Below, piece by piece: positions 15,045-25,988 of a stretch of DNA of 64,000 nucleotides; position 1 is the first letter of the stretch; the number at the start of each line of letters is the position of its first letter. The notes under the pieces are model-generated. The model was not told the origin of the DNA. It saw only the letters and a program-made list of their open reading frames with translations, and did not search any database. The translations under genes were made by a program, and so were the position numbers. This DNA comes from Escherichia coli (GTDB lineage Bacteria; Pseudomonadota; Gammaproteobacteria; Enterobacterales; Enterobacteriaceae), in NCBI RefSeq assembly GCF_051903065.1, contig NZ_CP178438.1; one strand, given 5' to 3'.

Positions 15045-15551
15045 ATGAAACCATCTTCACCATCACGCAGCAAAGGTCATGCAAAAGCGCGTCGCAAAAC
15101 GCGCGAAGAGCTGAATCAGGAAGCTCGTGACCGCAAGCGTCAGAAAAAACGTCGTGGTCATGCGCCGGGCAGCCGCGCAGCGGGCGGTAACACCACGTCA
15201 GGCAGCAAAGGCCAGAACGCACCAAAAGATCCACGTATTGGCAGTAAAACCCCTATTCCATTGGGCGTGACTGAAAAAGTCACCAAACAGCACAAACCGA
15301 AGAGTGAGAAACCTATGCTTTCACCGCAGGCGGAGTTGGAATTACTGGAAACGGATGAGCGTCTGGATGCGCTGCTGGAACGTCTGGAAGCAGGCGAAAC
15401 CCTGAGTGCCGAAGAGCAATCCTGGGTGGATGCTAAACTGGATCGTATTGATGAGTTGATGCAGAAACTCGGCCTCTCTTATGACGATGACGAAGAAGAG
15501 GAAGAAGACGAGAAGCAAGAAGACATGATGCGTCTGCTGCGGGGCAACTAA
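15045..15551 (+). CDS. yihI: Der GTPase-activating protein YihI
   Basis: Basic N-terminus [22 protein letters not shown]... and acidic C-terminus; start chosen at an internal ATG. Confidence 0.88.
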   Translation: MKPSSPSRSKGHAKARRKTREELNQEARDRKRQKKRRGHAPGSRAAGGNTTSGSKGQNAPKDPRIGSKTPIPLGVTEKVTKQHKPKSEKPMLSPQAELELLETDERLDALLERLEAGETLSAEEQSWVDAKLDRIDELMQKLGLSYDDDEEEEEDEKQEDMMRLLRGN

Positions 15552-15739
15552 CGGATTGCCGCCGTGGGCCTTCCCGTTCTGCTGATAACCCTTCCGGTTA
15601 TATGTTATCTGGTGTGGTTATTCGTTAAACTACAGCGGTTGTCGCGGCGACAAAAGTGGCTGCGCAACCGGCTGATGACCCGAAACGGGCATCCGCCGGT
15701 ACGCCGTAGCCGCCAGAGACGCCATCGGAAGGAGTGAGC

Positions 15740-17113
15740 ATGTCTGTACAGCAAATCGACTGGGATCTGGCCCTGATCCAGAAATATAACTATTCCGGGC
15801 CACGATACACCTCGTACCCGACCGCGCTGGAGTTTTCAGAAGACTTCGGCGAACAGGCGTTTTTACAAGCCGTGGCGCGCTATCCTGAGCGTCCATTATC
15901 TCTCTACGTACATATCCCGTTCTGCCATAAGCTTTGTTACTTCTGCGGCTGCAATAAGATTGTTACTCGCCAGCAGCACAAGGCCGATCAGTATCTGGAC
16001 GCGCTGGAGCAAGAAATCGTCCATCGTGCACCGCTGTTCGCCGGGCGTCACGTCAGCCAATTGCACTGGGGCGGCGGAACGCCGACGTATCTTAATAAAG
16101 CGCAAATCAGCCGCCTGATGAAGCTGCTGCACGAAAACTTCCAGTTCAATGCCGATGCGGAGATTTCGATCGAAGTCGATCCGCGGGAAATCGAACTGGA
16201 TGTACTCGATCATTTACGCGCCGAAGGCTTTAATCGCCTGAGCATGGGCGTGCAGGACTTCAACAAAGAAGTGCAACGTCTGGTTAACCGCGAGCAGGAT
16301 GAAGAGTTTATCTTTGCACTGCTTAACCATGCGCGTGAGATTGGTTTTACCTCCACCAACATCGACCTGATTTACGGCCTGCCGAAACAGACGCCGGAAA
16401 GTTTCGCCTTTACCCTGAAACGTGTGGCGGAGCTGAACCCCGATCGTCTGAGCGTCTTTAACTACGCGCATTTGCCGACCATTTTTGCTGCTCAGCGCAA
16501 AATCAAAGATGCTGACCTGCCGAGTCCGCAGCAAAAACTCGATATCCTGCAGGAAACCATCGCCTTCCTGACGCAATCGGGCTATCAGTTTATCGGTATG
16601 GATCACTTTGCCCGTCCTGATGACGAGCTGGCGGTGGCCCAGCGTGAAGGCGTGCTGCATCGTAACTTCCAGGGCTACACCACTCAGGGCGATACCGATC
16701 TGCTGGGGATGGGCGTTTCCGCCATCAGCATGATTGGCGACTGCTACGCGCAGAACCAGAAAGAGTTGAAACAGTACTATCAGCAAGTGGATGAACAAGG
16801 CAATGCGCTGTGGCGTGGTATTGCGCTAACGCGTGATGACTGTATTCGCCGCGATGTGATTAAGTCGCTCATCTGCAACTTCCGTCTGGATTACGCCCCT
16901 ATTGAGAAACAGTGGGATTTGCACTTCGCTGATTACTTTGCGGAAGATCTCAAGCTGCTCGCCCCGTTAGCAAAAGATGGGCTGGTGGATGTGGATGAGA
17001 AGGGGATTCAGGTGACGGCGAAAGGTCGCTTGCTGATCCGCAACATTTGCATGTGCTTTGATACCTATCTGCGCCAGAAAGCGCGGATGCAGCAGTTCTC
17101 TCGGGTGATTTAA
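15740..17113 (+). CDS. hemN: Oxygen-independent coproporphyrinogen III oxidase (radical SAM)
   Basis: CxxxCxxC radical-SAM motif (HIPFCHKLCYFCGCN); about 457 aa. Confidence 0.93.
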   Translation: MSVQQIDWDLALIQKYNYSGPRYTSYPTALEFSEDFGEQAFLQAVARYPERPLSLYVHIPFCHKLCYFCGCNKIVTRQQHKADQYLDALEQEIVHRAPLFAGRHVSQLHWGGGTPTYLNKAQISRLMKLLHENFQFNADAEISIEVDPREIELDVLDHLRAEGFNRLSMGVQDFNKEVQRLVNREQDEEFIFALLNHAREIGFTSTNIDLIYGLPKQTPESFAFTLKRVAELNPDRLSVFNYAHLPTIFAAQRKIKDADLPSPQQKLDILQETIAFLTQSGYQFIGMDHFARPDDELAVAQREGVLHRNFQGYTTQGDTDLLGMGVSAISMIGDCYAQNQKELKQYYQQVDEQGNALWRGIALTRDDCIRRDVIKSLICNFRLDYAPIEKQWDLHFADYFAEDLKLLAPLAKDGLVDVDEKGIQVTAKGRLLIRNICMCFDTYLRQKARMQQFSRVI

Positions 17114-17164
17114 ATAGTGAATGGCGCTTCGTTTACAAAGTAGAAAACGAAAGCGCCATCAATG

Positions 17165-17275
17165 TGCTGAGAACAAGATTGCCTGATGCGCTACGCTTAT
17201 CAGGCCTACAAAACCTGTTGAAAATATTGCTTTTGTAGGCCGGATAAGGCGTTCACGCCGCATCCGGCATGAACA
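17165..17275. repeat. REP elements
   Basis: Palindromic gcctgatgcgctacgcttatcaggcctac ... gtaggccggataaggcgttcacgccgcatccggca units. Confidence 0.55.
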
Positions 17276-17302
17276 AAGAGCACTTCATCAGCAATCTGAA
17301 AC

Positions 17303-17413
17303 TCAACTAAACAGCCCAATCATCGCGGCACACAGCACGGCAGCAACAGCAGTTTGCGGTGTGTGGCTGTCAACTGCGCCACTCGATACCAGATTAATTA
17401 TTGATTCCAGCAT
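17303..17413 (-). CDS. yshB: Small membrane protein YshB (36 aa)
   Basis: Minus-strand ORF MLESIINLVSSGAVDSHTPQTAVAAVLCAAMIGLFS found by manual translation; known small-protein locus between hemN and glnG. Confidence 0.6.
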   Translation of the reverse strand: MLESIINLVSSGAVDSHTPQTAVAAVLCAAMIGLFS

Positions 17414-17524
17414 AATGACTCTCCCCGTTTTCCGGGCAAGATCATACTGAACTTATCGGAACAGTAAAGCGCAAAATACCAGCAATTTGCGCTCAATAAT
17501 CAATCTTTACACACAAGCCGTGAA

Positions 17525-18934
17525 TCACTCCATCCCCAGCTCTTTTAACTTACGCGTCAGGGTGTTACGGCCCCAGCCAAGTAGCCGCGCCGCTTCCTGT
17601 TTATGCCCCTGCGTATGTCGCAACGCGGTCGTCAGTAACGTCCGCTCCAGCTCTGGCTGCGCTTCGGAAAGCAGATTTTGATGACCGGAACGCAGCGCTC
17701 TGTCTGCCCACTGCGCAAGAAGCGTCGCCCAACTGTCCGGTTGCATTTGCGAAGTACTCTCCGCAACCGTTGATTCAAACAGTTCGCCGGGCAAATCCTG
17801 AATCAACACTTCCTGCCCGGCGGCCATCACCGTTAGCCAGCGGCAGGTGTTTTCCAGCTGGCGCACGTTGCCTGGCCACGCCAGACGCGTCAGAGCAGCT
17901 TCGGTTTCCGGATGCAGCAACTTCGCTTCTACGCCCAGTTCGCGCGCGGCAACCTGTAAAAAATGGCGCGCCAGACGGGGAATATCTTCCCGACGCTCAC
18001 GCAGCGGCGGCAGATGAACGCGGATAACGTTCAGGCGGTGGAACAGATCCTCACGGAACTTACCTTCCTGCACCCGCTGTTCGAGATTCTGGTGAGTGGC
18101 AGCGATAATCCGCACATCCACTTTCACCGGCGCATAGCCGCCAACGCGGTAAAACTGGCCGTCTGCCAGCACGCGCAGCAAACGCGTCTGCACATCCAGC
18201 GGCATATCGCCAATTTCATCGAGAAATAATGTACCGCCATCAGCCTGTTCAAAACGCCCCTGACGAATGGTATTCGCGCCGGTAAACGCGCCTTTCTCGT
18301 GACCAAACAGTTCTGATTCGATCAAATCCTTCGGGATAGCCGCCATATTCAGAGCGATAAATGGCGCTTTGGCTCGCGGACTGTGGCGATGCAGGGCATG
18401 AGCGACCAGTTCTTTACCGGTGCCGGATTCGCCGTTAATCAGCACGCTAATAGAAGAACGCGAAAGCCGACCGATAATACGGAACACGTCCTGCATGGCT
18501 GGCGCTTCGCCGATGATATCGGTCGTTGGGCCGTTAAGCTGAACATTACGCGGCTGCTGCTGTTCCTGGTAATGACTGATGGCGCGCTCAACCAGCGCCA
18601 CGGCTTCGTCGATATCAAACGGTTTGGGCAGATAATCAAACGCCCCTTGTTGATAGGCGCTGACGGCAGCATCCAGATCGGAATGTGCGGTCATAATGAT
18701 GACCGGAAGCATCGGATGGCGCTGTTTAATCTGCTTGAGCAGTGCCAGCCCGTCCATTCCCGGCATACGGATATCTGAAAGCAGCACATCCGGCGTTTTG
18801 CTCGCCAGCGCCTCCAGTACCTCCGCGCCGTTCTCAAATGTCGTACAGGTTAAACCCGCTCCAGCGAGCGCACGTTCAAGCACCCAACGGATGGAACTAT
18901 CGTCATCGACTACCCAGACTATCCCTCGTTGCAT
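17525..18934 (-). CDS. glnG: Nitrogen regulation response regulator NtrC (sigma-54 activator)
   Basis: Receiver domain, AAA+ domain ([14 protein letters not shown]) and C-terminal HTH; start at [12 protein letters not shown]. Confidence 0.95.
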   Translation of the reverse strand: MQRGIVWVVDDDSSIRWVLERALAGAGLTCTTFENGAEVLEALASKTPDVLLSDIRMPGMDGLALLKQIKQRHPMLPVIIMTAHSDLDAAVSAYQQGAFDYLPKPFDIDEAVALVERAISHYQEQQQPRNVQLNGPTTDIIGEAPAMQDVFRIIGRLSRSSISVLINGESGTGKELVAHALHRHSPRAKAPFIALNMAAIPKDLIESELFGHEKGAFTGANTIRQGRFEQADGGTLFLDEIGDMPLDVQTRLLRVLADGQFYRVGGYAPVKVDVRIIAATHQNLEQRVQEGKFREDLFHRLNVIRVHLPPLRERREDIPRLARHFLQVAARELGVEAKLLHPETEAALTRLAWPGNVRQLENTCRWLTVMAAGQEVLIQDLPGELFESTVAESTSQMQPDSWATLLAQWADRALRSGHQNLLSEAQPELERTLLTTALRHTQGHKQEAARLLGWGRNTLTRKLKELGME

Positions 18935-18945
18935 AAACGTCACCT

Positions 18946-19995
18946 TTATTTCCTGATAGGCAGGTAAACCGAGAACTCGGTATGCCCTGGCCAACTGGTA
19001 AATTCAATTTTGCCTGAATGCTGATCAATCAAATTACGAGCGATGGATAAGCCAAGCCCGGTGCCACCTTCGCGGCCGCTGACCATCGGGTAAAACAGCG
19101 TATCCTGCAAATGAGGCGGAATGCCTGGCCCGTTATCTTCCACATCAATCCGCGCCGCCAGCCGATAGCGTTCGCCGTGTAAGGTCAGTTGAAACGCGGT
19201 ACGGGTACGCAGAATGATTTCACCGCCTTCCGGCCCCAGCGCCTGTAGCGCATTGCGCACAATATTCAGCAAGACCTGTTCAATTTGATCCGGGTCGTGC
19301 GCCAGTTCTGGCAGGCTGGGGTCGTAATCACGAATCAACCGCACGTTGTCCGGCAGTTCCATCGACACCAGCGTCACCACGCGTTCAGCTACTTTGTGAA
19401 TACTTTCGGTCACGCGCGTACCGGGCAGCTGCGGCCCCAACAGACGGTCGACCAGATTTCGCAGCCGGTCCGCCTGTTCGATAATCACTTTGGTATATTC
19501 CAGCAGTGACGGGTCAGGTAATGCTTTGCTGAGTAGCTGCGCCGCGCCACGTAAACCGCCAAGCGGATTTTTAATCTCATGTGCCAGGCCACGCACTAAA
19601 TCACGGGCAGCAACTTGTTGAGCATGTTGTAGCTGTTCCTGGCTTAAGCGGCGCTGGTTATCCATCGGCGCCATCTCCAGCAGGATCATGCCGTCCGGCA
19701 TACGCTGGGCCGTCACAGAAAGGATATGCGAGCGCCCGTCGATGACCAGCGTCACTTCGTTATCGGTAAAACCTTGCCCCGCCTCCAGACTTTCTTGCAT
19801 CAGCTCGATATTTAATGAGAAGTAGCTCAACAGTTCCGGTAACGGTGTACCAAACAATTTGCGGGAGCTTTGGGCGAGCAGTTGTTGCGCGGCGGGGTTG
19901 GCGTAATGGATCGCCAGGTTGTCATCGATTAACAAAATACTGTTAATCAGCGAGTTGAGGATCTGCCCAGCATCGGGCTGCGTGCCTGTTGCCAT
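18946..19995 (-). CDS. glnL: Nitrogen regulation sensor histidine kinase NtrB
   Basis: 349-aa ORF with H-box HEIKNPL and ATP-binding motifs; upstream of glnG. Confidence 0.95.
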
Positions 19996-20168
19996 AAAGC
20001 AGTCTCCTGAACAGGTTGCACCATTTTAGTGCATTATAGCTTTTTACGGATAAAAAGCGCGAAGCATCAGAGAATTGACGGAGAAAAAAGCCCATGCAGA
20101 GATGGGCTGAAAGTTTCCACGGCAACTAAATCCCGGCGTTGTTGCGCCGGGTAGTACAACTTCAACTA

Positions 20169-21578
20169 TTAGACGCTGTAGTACAGCTCAAACTCTACCG
20201 GATGCGGAGTCATACGCACGCGGTCATCTTCTTCGCGACGCAGAGCGATGTACGCATCGATCGCTTCATCCGTGAACACGCCACCGGCTTTCAGGAACTC
20301 GCGGTCCAGATCCAGCTCGTTCAGTGCTTCTTCCAGAGAGCCTGCAACTTGTGGGATCTCTTTCGCTTCTTCTGGCGGCAGGTCATACAGGTTTTTGTCC
20401 ATGGCTTCGCCCGGATGGATCTTGTTCTTGATACCATCAAGACCGGCCATCAGCAGGGCAGCAAAGCACAGGTACGGGTTAGCCGCCGGATCCGGGAAAC
20501 GTACTTCGATACGACGCGCTTTCGGAGAAGAAACCACTGGAATACGGATAGAAGCAGAACGGTTACGTGCAGAGTAAGCCAGCATTACCGGTGCTTCGTA
20601 GCCCGGGACCAGACGCTTATAAGAGTTGGTGGTCGGGTTTGCCAGGGCGTTAATCGCTTTCGCGTGTTTGATTACGCCGCCAATGTAGTACAGCGCCTGC
20701 TCAGACAGACCAGCGTATTTGTCGCCCGCGAACAGGTTAACGCCGTTTTTAGACAGAGACATGTGGCAGTGCATACCGGAGCCGTTATCACCGAACATCG
20801 GTTTTGGCATAAAGGTCGCGGTTTTACCGAAGCGGTGCGCTACGTTGTGCACAACATATTTGTAGATCTGAATTTCGTCAGCTTTTTTGGTCATGGTATT
20901 GAAGCGGGTAGCCACTTCGTTCTGACCAGCAGTTGCTACTTCGTGGTGATGGGCTTCAACCACCAGACCCATCTGTTCCATCACCAGACACATTTCAGAA
21001 CGAATATCCTGAGCCGAGTCTACCGGCGGAACCGGGAAGTAACCGCCTTTAACTGCCGGACGGTGACCTTTGTTACCACCTTCATATTGGGTGGAGGAGT
21101 TCCATGCGCCTTCGATATCGTCGATAGCAACATGAGAACCGGAGATAGATGATCCGAAACGGATATCATCGAACAGGAAGAATTCAGGTTCTGGCCCGAA
21201 CAGTACGGTGTCGGCAATGCCAGTAGAACGCAGGTAATCTTCAGCGCGCTTCGCGATGGAGCGCGGGTCACGGTCATAGCCTTGCAGGGTGCCAGGTTCA
21301 AGGATGTCGCAACGGATAATCAGGGTGGAGTCGGCGAAGAACGGGTCAATCACTGCGGTGGATGCGTCTGGCATCAGCACCATGTCGGACTCGTTAATGC
21401 CTTTCCAGCCGCCAATCGAGGAGCCGTCAAACATTTTGCCTTCTTCGAAGAATTCGGCATTCACCTGATGAGCAGGGATAGTGACGTGCTGTTCTTTACC
21501 TTTGGTATCGGTGAAGCGCAAATCAACAAACTTCACTTCGTGCTCGTTCAGCATCGTCAGTACGTGTTCAGCGGACAT
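20169..21578 (-). CDS. glnA: Glutamine synthetase
   Basis: 469-aa ORF starting [24 protein letters not shown] with the adenylylation-site region. Confidence 0.97.
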
Positions 21579-21656
21579 ACTTTAACTCTCCTGGATTGGT
21601 CATTGTCGTCGTGGTAACGAAATCTGCAATTATTTTGGCCGTGTCGCCGTAAAAAA

Positions 21657-21679
21657 GATAAAGCGAAAACTGTGCCAAC
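21657..21679 (-). promoter_or_regulatory. glnAp2 sigma-54 promoter (-24/-12 element)
   Basis: The minus strand reads GTTGGCACAGTTTTCGCTTTATC (TGGCAC-N5-TTCGCT), about 80 nt upstream of the glnA ATG. Confidence 0.7.
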
Positions 21680-21729
21680 TTTTAAATTGCCCCTAAAAGG
21701 CGTTATCATGCTTAACATCGTGCAAAAGG

Positions 21730-21800
21730 GCTGCACCATGATGTGAATGTTGCACCAATATAGTGCTTCAATGGAAACATTAAGCACCATATTGGTGCAA
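21730..21800 (-). promoter_or_regulatory. NtrC enhancer-binding sites upstream of glnA
   Basis: Dyads of the TGCACC...GGTGCA type (gcaccatattggtgca, ttgcaccaatatagtgc, tgcaccatgatgtg). Confidence 0.55.
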
Positions 21801-21950
21801 TGACCTTTGGATAACCCTTTTTATGCTCCGTGAAAGCGATCACAAAGGGACTCTGCAATACTTGTTTGCGGAGGATGTTTGTGATCCTGTTTTGTAGTGC
21901 GATTAATCCGTGTACAATAACGCGCTATTTCTAATGCCTGAGGCAAAGTT

Positions 21951-23774
21951 GTGATCGAAAAATTGCGTAATATCGCCATCATCGCGCACGTAGACCATGG
22001 TAAAACCACCCTGGTAGACAAGCTGCTCCAACAATCCGGTACGTTCGACTCTCGTGCCGAAACCCAAGAGCGCGTGATGGACTCCAACGATTTGGAGAAA
22101 GAGCGTGGGATTACCATCCTCGCGAAAAACACCGCTATCAAATGGAATGATTACCGTATCAACATCGTTGATACCCCGGGGCACGCCGACTTCGGTGGTG
22201 AAGTTGAACGTGTAATGTCCATGGTAGACTCAGTGCTGCTGGTGGTTGACGCATTTGACGGCCCGATGCCGCAAACGCGCTTCGTAACCAAAAAAGCGTT
22301 TGCTTACGGCCTGAAGCCGATTGTTGTTATCAACAAAGTTGACCGCCCTGGCGCGCGTCCTGATTGGGTTGTGGATCAGGTATTCGATCTGTTCGTTAAC
22401 CTCGACGCGACCGACGAGCAGCTGGACTTCCCGATCGTTTACGCTTCTGCGCTGAACGGTATCGCGGGTCTGGACCACGAAGATATGGCGGAAGACATGA
22501 CCCCGCTGTATCAGGCGATTGTTGATCACGTTCCTGCGCCGGACGTTGACCTTGACGGTCCGTTCCAGATGCAGATTTCTCAGCTCGATTACAACAGCTA
22601 TGTTGGCGTTATCGGCATTGGCCGCATCAAGCGCGGTAAAGTGAAGCCGAACCAGCAGGTCACTATCATCGATAGCGAAGGCAAAACCCGCAACGCGAAA
22701 GTCGGTAAAGTGCTGGGCCACCTCGGTCTGGAACGTATCGAAACCGATCTGGCGGAAGCTGGCGATATCGTGGCGATCACGGGCCTGGGCGAACTGAACA
22801 TTTCTGACACCGTTTGCGACACGCAAAACGTTGAAGCGCTGCCGGCACTCTCCGTTGATGAGCCGACCGTTTCTATGTTCTTCTGCGTTAACACCTCGCC
22901 GTTCTGCGGTAAAGAAGGTAAGTTCGTAACGTCTCGTCAGATCCTGGATCGTCTGAACAAAGAACTGGTACACAACGTTGCGCTGCGCGTAGAAGAAACC
23001 GAAGACGCTGATGCGTTCCGCGTTTCTGGTCGTGGCGAACTGCACCTGTCTGTTCTGATCGAAAACATGCGTCGTGAAGGTTTCGAACTGGCGGTATCCC
23101 GTCCGAAAGTTATCTTCCGTGAAATCGACGGTCGTAAACAAGAGCCGTATGAAAACGTGACTCTGGACGTTGAAGAACAGCATCAGGGTTCTGTAATGCA
23201 GGCGCTGGGCGAACGTAAAGGCGACCTGAAAAACATGAATCCAGACGGTAAAGGCCGCGTACGTCTCGACTACGTGATCCCAAGCCGTGGTCTGATTGGC
23301 TTCCGTTCTGAGTTCATGACCATGACTTCCGGTACTGGTCTGCTGTACTCCACCTTCAGCCACTACGACGACGTACGTCCGGGCGAAGTGGGTCAGCGTC
23401 AGAACGGTGTACTGATCTCTAACGGTCAGGGTAAAGCGGTCGCGTTCGCGCTGTTCGGTCTGCAGGATCGCGGTAAGCTGTTCCTCGGTCACGGTGCAGA
23501 AGTTTACGAAGGTCAGATTATCGGTATTCATAGCCGCTCTAACGACCTGACTGTAAACTGCCTGACCGGTAAGAAACTGACCAACATGCGTGCTTCCGGT
23601 ACTGACGAAGCCGTTGTTCTGGTTCCGCCTATCCGCATGACTCTGGAACAAGCTCTGGAGTTCATCGATGATGACGAACTGGTAGAAGTGACTCCGACCT
23701 CTATCCGTATTCGTAAACGTCACCTGACGGAAAACGATCGTCGCCGCGCCAACCGCGCACCGAAAGACGATTAA
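21951..23774 (+). CDS. typA: Ribosome-associated translational GTPase BipA/TypA
   Basis: 607-aa ORF with G-domain motifs [18 protein letters not shown]. Confidence 0.95.
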   Translation: MIEKLRNIAIIAHVDHGKTTLVDKLLQQSGTFDSRAETQERVMDSNDLEKERGITILAKNTAIKWNDYRINIVDTPGHADFGGEVERVMSMVDSVLLVVDAFDGPMPQTRFVTKKAFAYGLKPIVVINKVDRPGARPDWVVDQVFDLFVNLDATDEQLDFPIVYASALNGIAGLDHEDMAEDMTPLYQAIVDHVPAPDVDLDGPFQMQISQLDYNSYVGVIGIGRIKRGKVKPNQQVTIIDSEGKTRNAKVGKVLGHLGLERIETDLAEAGDIVAITGLGELNISDTVCDTQNVEALPALSVDEPTVSMFFCVNTSPFCGKEGKFVTSRQILDRLNKELVHNVALRVEETEDADAFRVSGRGELHLSVLIENMRREGFELAVSRPKVIFREIDGRKQEPYENVTLDVEEQHQGSVMQALGERKGDLKNMNPDGKGRVRLDYVIPSRGLIGFRSEFMTMTSGTGLLYSTFSHYDDVRPGEVGQRQNGVLISNGQGKAVAFALFGLQDRGKLFLGHGAEVYEGQIIGIHSRSNDLTVNCLTGKKLTNMRASGTDEAVVLVPPIRMTLEQALEFIDDDELVEVTPTSIRIRKRHLTENDRRRANRAPKDD

Positions 23775-23792
23775 TTTCGTTTTTTAGTTATA

Positions 23793-23823
23793 AAAAACCT
23801 GCCATCGCTGGCAGGTTTTTTTT
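23793..23823 (+). terminator. Rho-independent terminator after typA
   Basis: Hairpin aacctgccatcgctggcaggtt followed by a T-run. Confidence 0.6.
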
Positions 23824-23990
23824 TACCTGTCGTGAGCGCACACCAATGCGAGTATCTCCCTTATAAGTCTGTGATTACGTCAATAGAGAGCTTTGTCACA
23901 ATTATCTGCAAAGTCATACGCCGTTAATTGCTTTCTTTTTTGGCGTAAGCGTAAGATGCTTCATCTGGTTTAAACCAAAAGGATTAAACA

Positions 23991-24701
23991 ATGGCGGAGA
24001 ATCAATCCACCGTAGAAAATGCAAAAGAGAAACTGGATCGGTGGTTGAAAGATGGCATCACCACGCCGGGTGGAAAACTCCCTTCAGAAAGAGAGCTGGG
24101 AGAACTGCTGGGCATTAAACGTATGACGCTGCGCCAGGCGTTGTTGAACCTCGAGGCAGAATCCAAAATCTTCCGTAAAGATCGTAAGGGGTGGTTCGTG
24201 ACCCAGCCGCGATTTAATTACAGTCCGGAGCTGTCGGCGAGCTTTCAGCGGGCCGCAATTGAGCAAGGGCGGGAACCTTCCTGGGGGTTTACCGAGAAAA
24301 ACCGTACCAGCGATATTCCCGAGACGCTCGCGCCACTGATTGCAGTGACACCATCAACTGAACTCTATCGCATCACCGGCTGGGGGGCGCTGGAAGGACA
24401 TAAAGTTTTCTATCACGAAACATATATTAATCCTGAAGTTGCTCCGGGTTTTATTGAACAACTTGAAAACCACTCATTTTCTGCAGTCTGGGAAAAGTGC
24501 TACCAAAAAGAGACGGTAGTAAAAAAATTGATTTTCAAACCCGTCAGAATGCCGGGCGATATCAGCAAGTATCTTGGCGGTTCTGCGGGTATGCCAGCGA
24601 TCTTAATTGAAAAGCATCGCGCCGACCAGCAAGGCAATATTGTCCAGATAGATATTGAATATTGGCGATTTGAGGCCGTAGACCTCATCATTAATCTGTA
24701 G
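23991..24701 (+). CDS. yihL: GntR-family transcriptional regulator YihL
   Basis: 236-aa ORF with an N-terminal winged-HTH signature (PSERELGELLGIKRMTLRQAL). Confidence 0.85.
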   Translation: MAENQSTVENAKEKLDRWLKDGITTPGGKLPSERELGELLGIKRMTLRQALLNLEAESKIFRKDRKGWFVTQPRFNYSPELSASFQRAAIEQGREPSWGFTEKNRTSDIPETLAPLIAVTPSTELYRITGWGALEGHKVFYHETYINPEVAPGFIEQLENHSFSAVWEKCYQKETVVKKLIFKPVRMPGDISKYLGGSAGMPAILIEKHRADQQGNIVQIDIEYWRFEAVDLIINL

Positions 24702-24844
24702 GTGTTTTATGGTGACAATAAATAACGCAAGAAAGATTCTACAACGTGTCGACACTCTTCCTCTTTATTTACATGCTTATGCCTTTCATGGTGATGCTGC
24801 CAACTTACTGATTTAGTGTATGATGGTGTTTTTGAGGTGCTCCA

Positions 24845-25120
24845 GTGGCTTCTGTTTCTATCAGCTGTCCCTCCTGTTCAGCTACTGACGGGGTGGTGCG
24901 TAACGGCAAAAGCACCGCCGGACATCAGCGCTATCTCTGCTCTCACTGCCGTAAAACATGGCAACTGCAGTTCACTTACACCGCTTCTCAACCCGGTACG
25001 CACCAGAAAATCATTGATATGGCCATGAATGGCGTTGGATGCCGGGCAACAGCCCGCATTATGGGCGTTGGCCTCAACACGATTTTACGTCACTTAAAAA
25101 ACTCAGGCCGCAGTCGGTAA
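24845..25120 (+). CDS. insA: IS1 InsA
   Basis: Protein identical to the other IS1 copy; GTG start. Confidence 0.9.
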
Positions 25121-25542
25121 CCTCGCGCATACAGCCGGGCAGTGACGTCATCGTCTGCGCGGAAATGGACGAACAGTGGGGCTATGTCGGGGCTAAATCG
25201 CGCCAGCGCTGGCTGTTTTACGCGTATGACAGGCTCCGGAAGACGGTTGTTGCGCACGTATTCGGTGAACGCACTATGGCGACGCTGGGGCGTCTTATGA
25301 GCCTGCTGTCACCCTTTGACGTGGTGATATGGATGACGGATGGCTGGCCGCTGTATGAATCCCGCCTGAAGGGAAAGCTGCACGTAATCAGCAAGCGATA
25401 TACGCAGCGAATTGAGCGGCATAACCTGAATCTGAGGCAGCACCTGGCACGGCTGGGACGGAAGTCGCTGTCGTTCTCAAAATCGGTGGAGCTGCATGAC
25501 AAAGTCATCGGGCATTATCTGAACATAAAACACTATCAATAA
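25039..25542 (+). CDS. insB: IS1 InsB
   Basis: Protein identical to the other IS1 copy. Confidence 0.9.
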
Positions 25543-25556
25543 GTTGGAGTCATTAC

Positions 25557-25988
25557 CCAGATCGTATAGGTCAAAAAAGTCTGTATTTGTCGGGAGCAGG
25601 ATTTTGTGTCCTGTTCGCGTTTCCTTTCTTCTTATTACTGGATAGCAAAAGTACGCTCATCATCTGGTGCAGTATGATCCTCGGCTACAACTTAGGTCCG
25701 ACGATGATGTTTGCCGTGCAGCCAACACTTTTCACCCGCATGTTCGGTACCAAAGTACGATATACCGGCCTTTCTTTTGCTTATCAATTTTCCGCGATTC
25801 TTGGCGGACTAAGCCCCCTTATCGCCTCAAGTTTGCTGGCGCTAGGGGGAGGAAAACCGTGGTATGTCGCTCTGTTTTTATTTGCTGTCTCAGTTCTTTC
25901 CTTTGTTTGCGTCTGGCTGATTGAGCCGACCGATGAACAAGAAACCGCTTCTTACCGCTACATCAGGGAACAATCTCATGAAAACTGA
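25557..25988 (+). pseudogene. 3' fragment of an MFS-type transporter gene, 5'-truncated at the IS1 junction
   Basis: The reading frame is open from the first base after IS1 and encodes only the last ~4 hydrophobic helices (…FCVLFAFPFFLLLD…LGGLSPLIASSLLALGG…YVALFLFAVSVLSFVCVWLIEP…); there is no upstream start or N-terminal half. Confidence 0.6.

Larger units (their letters stand above)
24789..25556 (+). mobile_element. IS1, second copy, inverted relative to the first and with no target site duplication
   Basis: Ends ggtgatgctgccaacttactgatttag ... caataagttggagtcattacc; the flanking 9-mers differ (tcctttcat on the left, ccagatcgt on the right). Confidence 0.95.

Noticed and set aside
20139-21152. 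337-aa ORF on the plus strand
   Set aside because: It is entirely antisense to glnA, with low-complexity Arg/Val-rich composition typical of the reverse frame of a highly expressed gene.
22230-23723. 497-aa ORF on the minus strand
   Set aside because: Antisense to typA; no RBS and no recognisable protein features.
7380-25556. Composite IS1 transposon carrying polA through yihL
   Set aside because: The left IS1 has its own 9-bp target duplication inside yihF, the right one has none, and the intervening genes are core housekeeping genes in native K-12 order and orientation. These are two independent IS1 events, not a mobile composite element.
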